64,000 nucleotides of DNA. Origin: Octopus sinensis. Taxonomy: Eukaryota. Positions within the stretch are counted from its first letter, which is position 1, and each line of letters starts with the position of its first letter. The DNA lies in the NCBI RefSeq assembly GCF_006345805.1, contig NC_043019.1, positions 29,697,360 to 29,761,359 of the forward strand, read 5' to 3'. The notes under the pieces were generated by a model, which worked only from the letters and a program-made list of their open reading frames with translations, searched no databases and was not told where the DNA came from. Shown piece after piece: positions 61,169 to 64,000 of this stretch. Both the position numbers and the translations under genes were made by a program.

Positions 61169-61228
61169 ATTTTCGATCTCCTAATCTGTTTTAATTTATA
61201 AATTAAAACAGATTAGGAGATCAAAAAT

Positions 61229-61271
61229 CCACCTGACGAATGTCATTGAAGACATGAAACGATTGTAGTGG
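61229..61271 (+). ncRNA. Minimal type I hammerhead ribozyme motif (Penelope-like)
   Basis: CCAC-CTGACGA-ATGTC(attgaa)GACAT-GAAA-C(gatt)GT-A-GTGG: intact core, 5-bp stem II, 2-bp stem III, GUA triplet, 4-bp stem I. Confidence 0.75.
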
Positions 61272-61812
61272 CGGTTTATTTCTTTATATTAAAAATTTTT
61301 ATGTATTGATTAAGTCTTTCCTTGTTTGTTTTGCAAAATAGTGGTTTTGTCTCGAATTATATTATATAATATTTTACTATAAAATTAGATTAATCCTAAA
61401 TCTGATTTTTCCCTGTAAATTTGGATTTATTCCCTAATATTTATTATTATGTATGTGTATATATATATATATATATATGCACACACACCATATTTAAAGA
61501 ATATATGTGTGTGTGTATGTATGTATACGAGTGAGTAGACAAACAAAAGAAAGAGGCACTCGACACATTTAGTAGGAGTTACACATATTATTATTTTTAA
61601 AATTTTGATTTCAGCCTCATGCAACTTAATAATGTTCTAGGGCCAAATGAAACTGTTTTAAATAATATCTATCTATCTATCTATCAATTTATATATATAT
61701 ATATATAAGTCAAAATGAGGGTGAAAAAATTCGATATTAATTTAATAACATCAATTTAAACACCAGTGGCCTAGCGTATAAAAGACTGAGATTCAGTAAA
61801 TATTATTAATAC

Positions 61813-61967
61813 ACAAATATGAGAGAGAATCCACTATGTGGACGGTCTTACGCTAGATATAGTGTATTAAAATTTTTTCTTGAGAACAATTCTTAGTGGT
61901 TGAGTCCCTTTGCGGATCTATATCTAGCGTAAGAGCGTCCACATAGTGGATTCTCTCTCATATTTGT
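61813..61967. repeat. Inverted repeat, 50-bp arms, 55-bp spacer
   Basis: 61813-61862 vs 61918-61967, one mismatch. Confidence 0.88.
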
Positions 61968-61975
61968 ATATATAT

Positions 61976-62023
<48 letters not shown>

Positions 62024-62272
62024 TAAAATGAATGGTCTACAATAGTCTTTCCTCAATATTTAAGTCAGCATCCAAATTTTATTTTATTATATATATAGTG
62101 ACGTTTGTTAAGCATGCATGCACAGACACACAAAAATGTATCCAGTACAAGATATTTCTTTTCAATATATTTTATACCAACTGTGAGACGTCTGAATCAC
62201 TTCAGATCTTTGTGTAAATTCATTTCATGTATTTAATGAAGTAATTAACCAGCTTTATTTCCACACCTCTGA

Positions 62273-62310
62273 TTACCTTGGAGGCGCTGGTACATCTTCT
62301 ATTATAGGTG
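62273..62310 (-). CDS. Candidate terminal exon of an unidentified - strand gene, (A)PIIEDVPAPPR*
   Basis: Minus-strand acceptor tgtgtcttgtttgttctag|, open frame to TAA, AATAAA at 62254-62259; the AG|gtaatc at its end could alternatively be a donor. Confidence 0.55.
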
Positions 62311-62533
62311 CTAGAACAAACAAGACACACAGTTAACATGATAGAAAAAGAAGCACACTGCTCTGCTCTTTAAGTGTTGTTAACAGCGACTGGCAGGAAA
62401 TGCTGACCACCCCTACTACTACTACTACCAATGATCATATCTCATTGTGGGCTTACTACTACTACTACTACCAATGAGCATATCTCAATGTTGGCTTACT
62501 ACTACTACTACTACCACCTACATACATACATAC

Positions 62534-62608
62534 CTGGTGCCTGCTTCTCAGTGTGGACACAGGTGTCTTTGGAATCAGCTAAATACTGTTGCTTCTGGAC
62601 TAGGTTAA
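62534..62608 (-). CDS. Candidate internal exon of the same - strand gene, NLVQKQQYLADSKDTCVHTEKQAP
   Basis: Acceptor ccttacttctag|, donor G|gtatgt, 75 nt, phase 1 joins 62310 in frame. Confidence 0.55.
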
Positions 62609-62867
62609 CTAGAAGTAAGGTATATTGAGAGTGTACTCTGTCTTATTGGTCGGTCGTCAGTTAATGAAATAAATGCATTTAAAAGGAAAAAAAAATAATA
62701 AATGGAAAGGTAAAAAATCCTGAAATCTGAACATTGTGAATTGGTAGTTACAACATTCATGGTTCTATAAAACCTCAATGTCCGAAGAGTATGGACATTG
62801 TTTTCTCACCAAACAGACTTAATGAATGAAAGCTTTTTTAATCAAAAGCTTCACCTAAATTACTTAC

Positions 62868-62916
62868 CAAGAGAAACTCAGTTTTTATACCGTCATCAAT
62901 ACGTTTAGGTATCATT
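62868..62916 (-). CDS. Candidate upstream exon, MIPKRIDDGIKTEFLL
   Basis: ttttatatag| ... TTG|gtaagt; only one open frame, ending in phase 0, so it would need a phase-0 acceptor inside the next exon (gtccag|AAG or caacag|TAT). Confidence 0.4.
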
Positions 62917-64000
62917 CTATATAAAATTAATAAATCAAAATTATATATATATATATAATTGGATGATGTTTCTAAAAGTCAACTGAACAAACCAATTATC
63001 TCCCCTTATTTTTGTTCGTGAATTGAAAACTATTTGTGACAGACTGAAAAGAATCATTTCTTGTTTGTAATTTGGATACTGTTTGTAAAAGACGTTTAAA
63101 TAAACCAAGCATTTCCCATTATTCATGGTTGTTGAAACAAAAAAAAAAAAGAGAGAGAGAGAAAATTATCATTTCCCTTCATTTTTGTCTGTAAAAGACA
63201 CCCAAACAATTATTTTTGCTTGTAAAAAGCGCCTACACACACACATGAATTACTTCCCCATTATTTTCTTTGTAACTTTGTATGCCCCACCAAATCCAGT
63301 TATCCAATAAACTAATTATTGTCTCTGTATATCTGTTTGTACCTTCTTTTTGTGTATGTGTCTATGTGAATTCACTTATTTTTGTTCTGACAATAAAATG
63401 AAATTAACAAACAATTTGTTATTGGTGTCATTTTTCTAAAACTTTATGTCCACCACCACCATCATCATTATCGTTTAATGTCTGCCTTCCATGCTGGCAT
63501 GGGTTGGATGGTTTGACAGGAGCCGGTTAAGCAGGAACCTGCACCAGACTTCTGTGTCTGTTTTGGCAGGGGTTTTTACAGCTGGATGCCCTTCCTAGCA
63601 CCAACCACCCTGCACAGTGGACTGAGTGCTTTTTACATGGCACAAGGTCAGTTTTTGGTATGGTTTTTATAGCTGGATGCCCTTCCAAATGCCAACCATT
63701 TTACAGTGTGGAACAATTGCTTTTTATGTGGCATCAGCTACTGGCAGGGTCACCAAGTAATTGGAAGACGAAGTTTCTTTTAGAGGGGAGGGGGCATTGA
63801 AGGAGGTTCAAAAATAATCAGTCGGAGAGAGAGATCGAGATGAGGAAAGGAACAGGTGTGTTGTTATAAAGGAGCTACATGGTTACCCAACCTGAAGGAA
63901 GAGCTGGAGCGAGAGAAAGAGAGTGGGAGACAGCAAGAGAGAGATGATAGCAAAGTGCCAGGCGTATTCACAAAGGATGGGGATCAGAATATAAATGGGA

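Larger units (their letters stand above)
61029..61368. repeat. 340-bp spacerless palindrome of Penelope-like terminal sequence
   Basis: 170-bp arms centred between 61198 and 61199; one mismatch seen (61174 vs 61223). Confidence 0.9.

Noticed and set aside
62941-63126. Minus-strand ORF MNNGKCLV… and overlapping frame MLGLFKRLLQTVSKLQ… resembling a mitochondrial presequence
   Set aside because: No AG after the pyrimidine tract, no good donor, and both frames end quickly; cannot be linked confidently to the downstream exons

Overview
AT-rich, repeat-dense animal genomic DNA. The SINE, MITE and microsatellite complement looks like an octopus (coleoid cephalopod) genome; this rests on recognition, not on a search. 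Two spliced + strand genes were reconstructed by hand with phase-consistent GT-AG boundaries. The first is LEO1 (PAF1 complex): 12 coding exons at 17538-39925, about 930 codons in the window, start exon not found, with a large Ser-Pro repeat N-terminal region. The second is MRGBP (Eaf7-family NuA4/TIP60 subunit): 4 exons at 48742-56816, 204 aa, complete. A third, unidentified spliced gene probably ends on the - strand at about 62.3 kb. The remainder is tRNA-derived SINEs, RTE/CR1 LINE fragments, Penelope-like fragments, mariner remnants, piggyBac/hAT/Merlin-type MITEs, non-autonomous Helitrons and microsatellites. No CRISPR array, rRNA or true tRNA gene was seen. The most striking unexplained structure is a series of fold-back palindromes abutting (TA)n tracts. 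One is a 340-bp spacerless palindrome carrying two oppositely oriented minimal hammerhead ribozyme motifs (61029-61368), and two further hammerhead variants lie at 45.6 and 53.7 kb. Other notable items: a T-shaped hairpin in MRGBP intron 1, an 82-bp orphan insertion with a 6-bp target duplication inside a SINE, a duplicated LEO1 splice acceptor that would create a premature stop, and telomere-like repeats beginning at the LEO1 stop codon.
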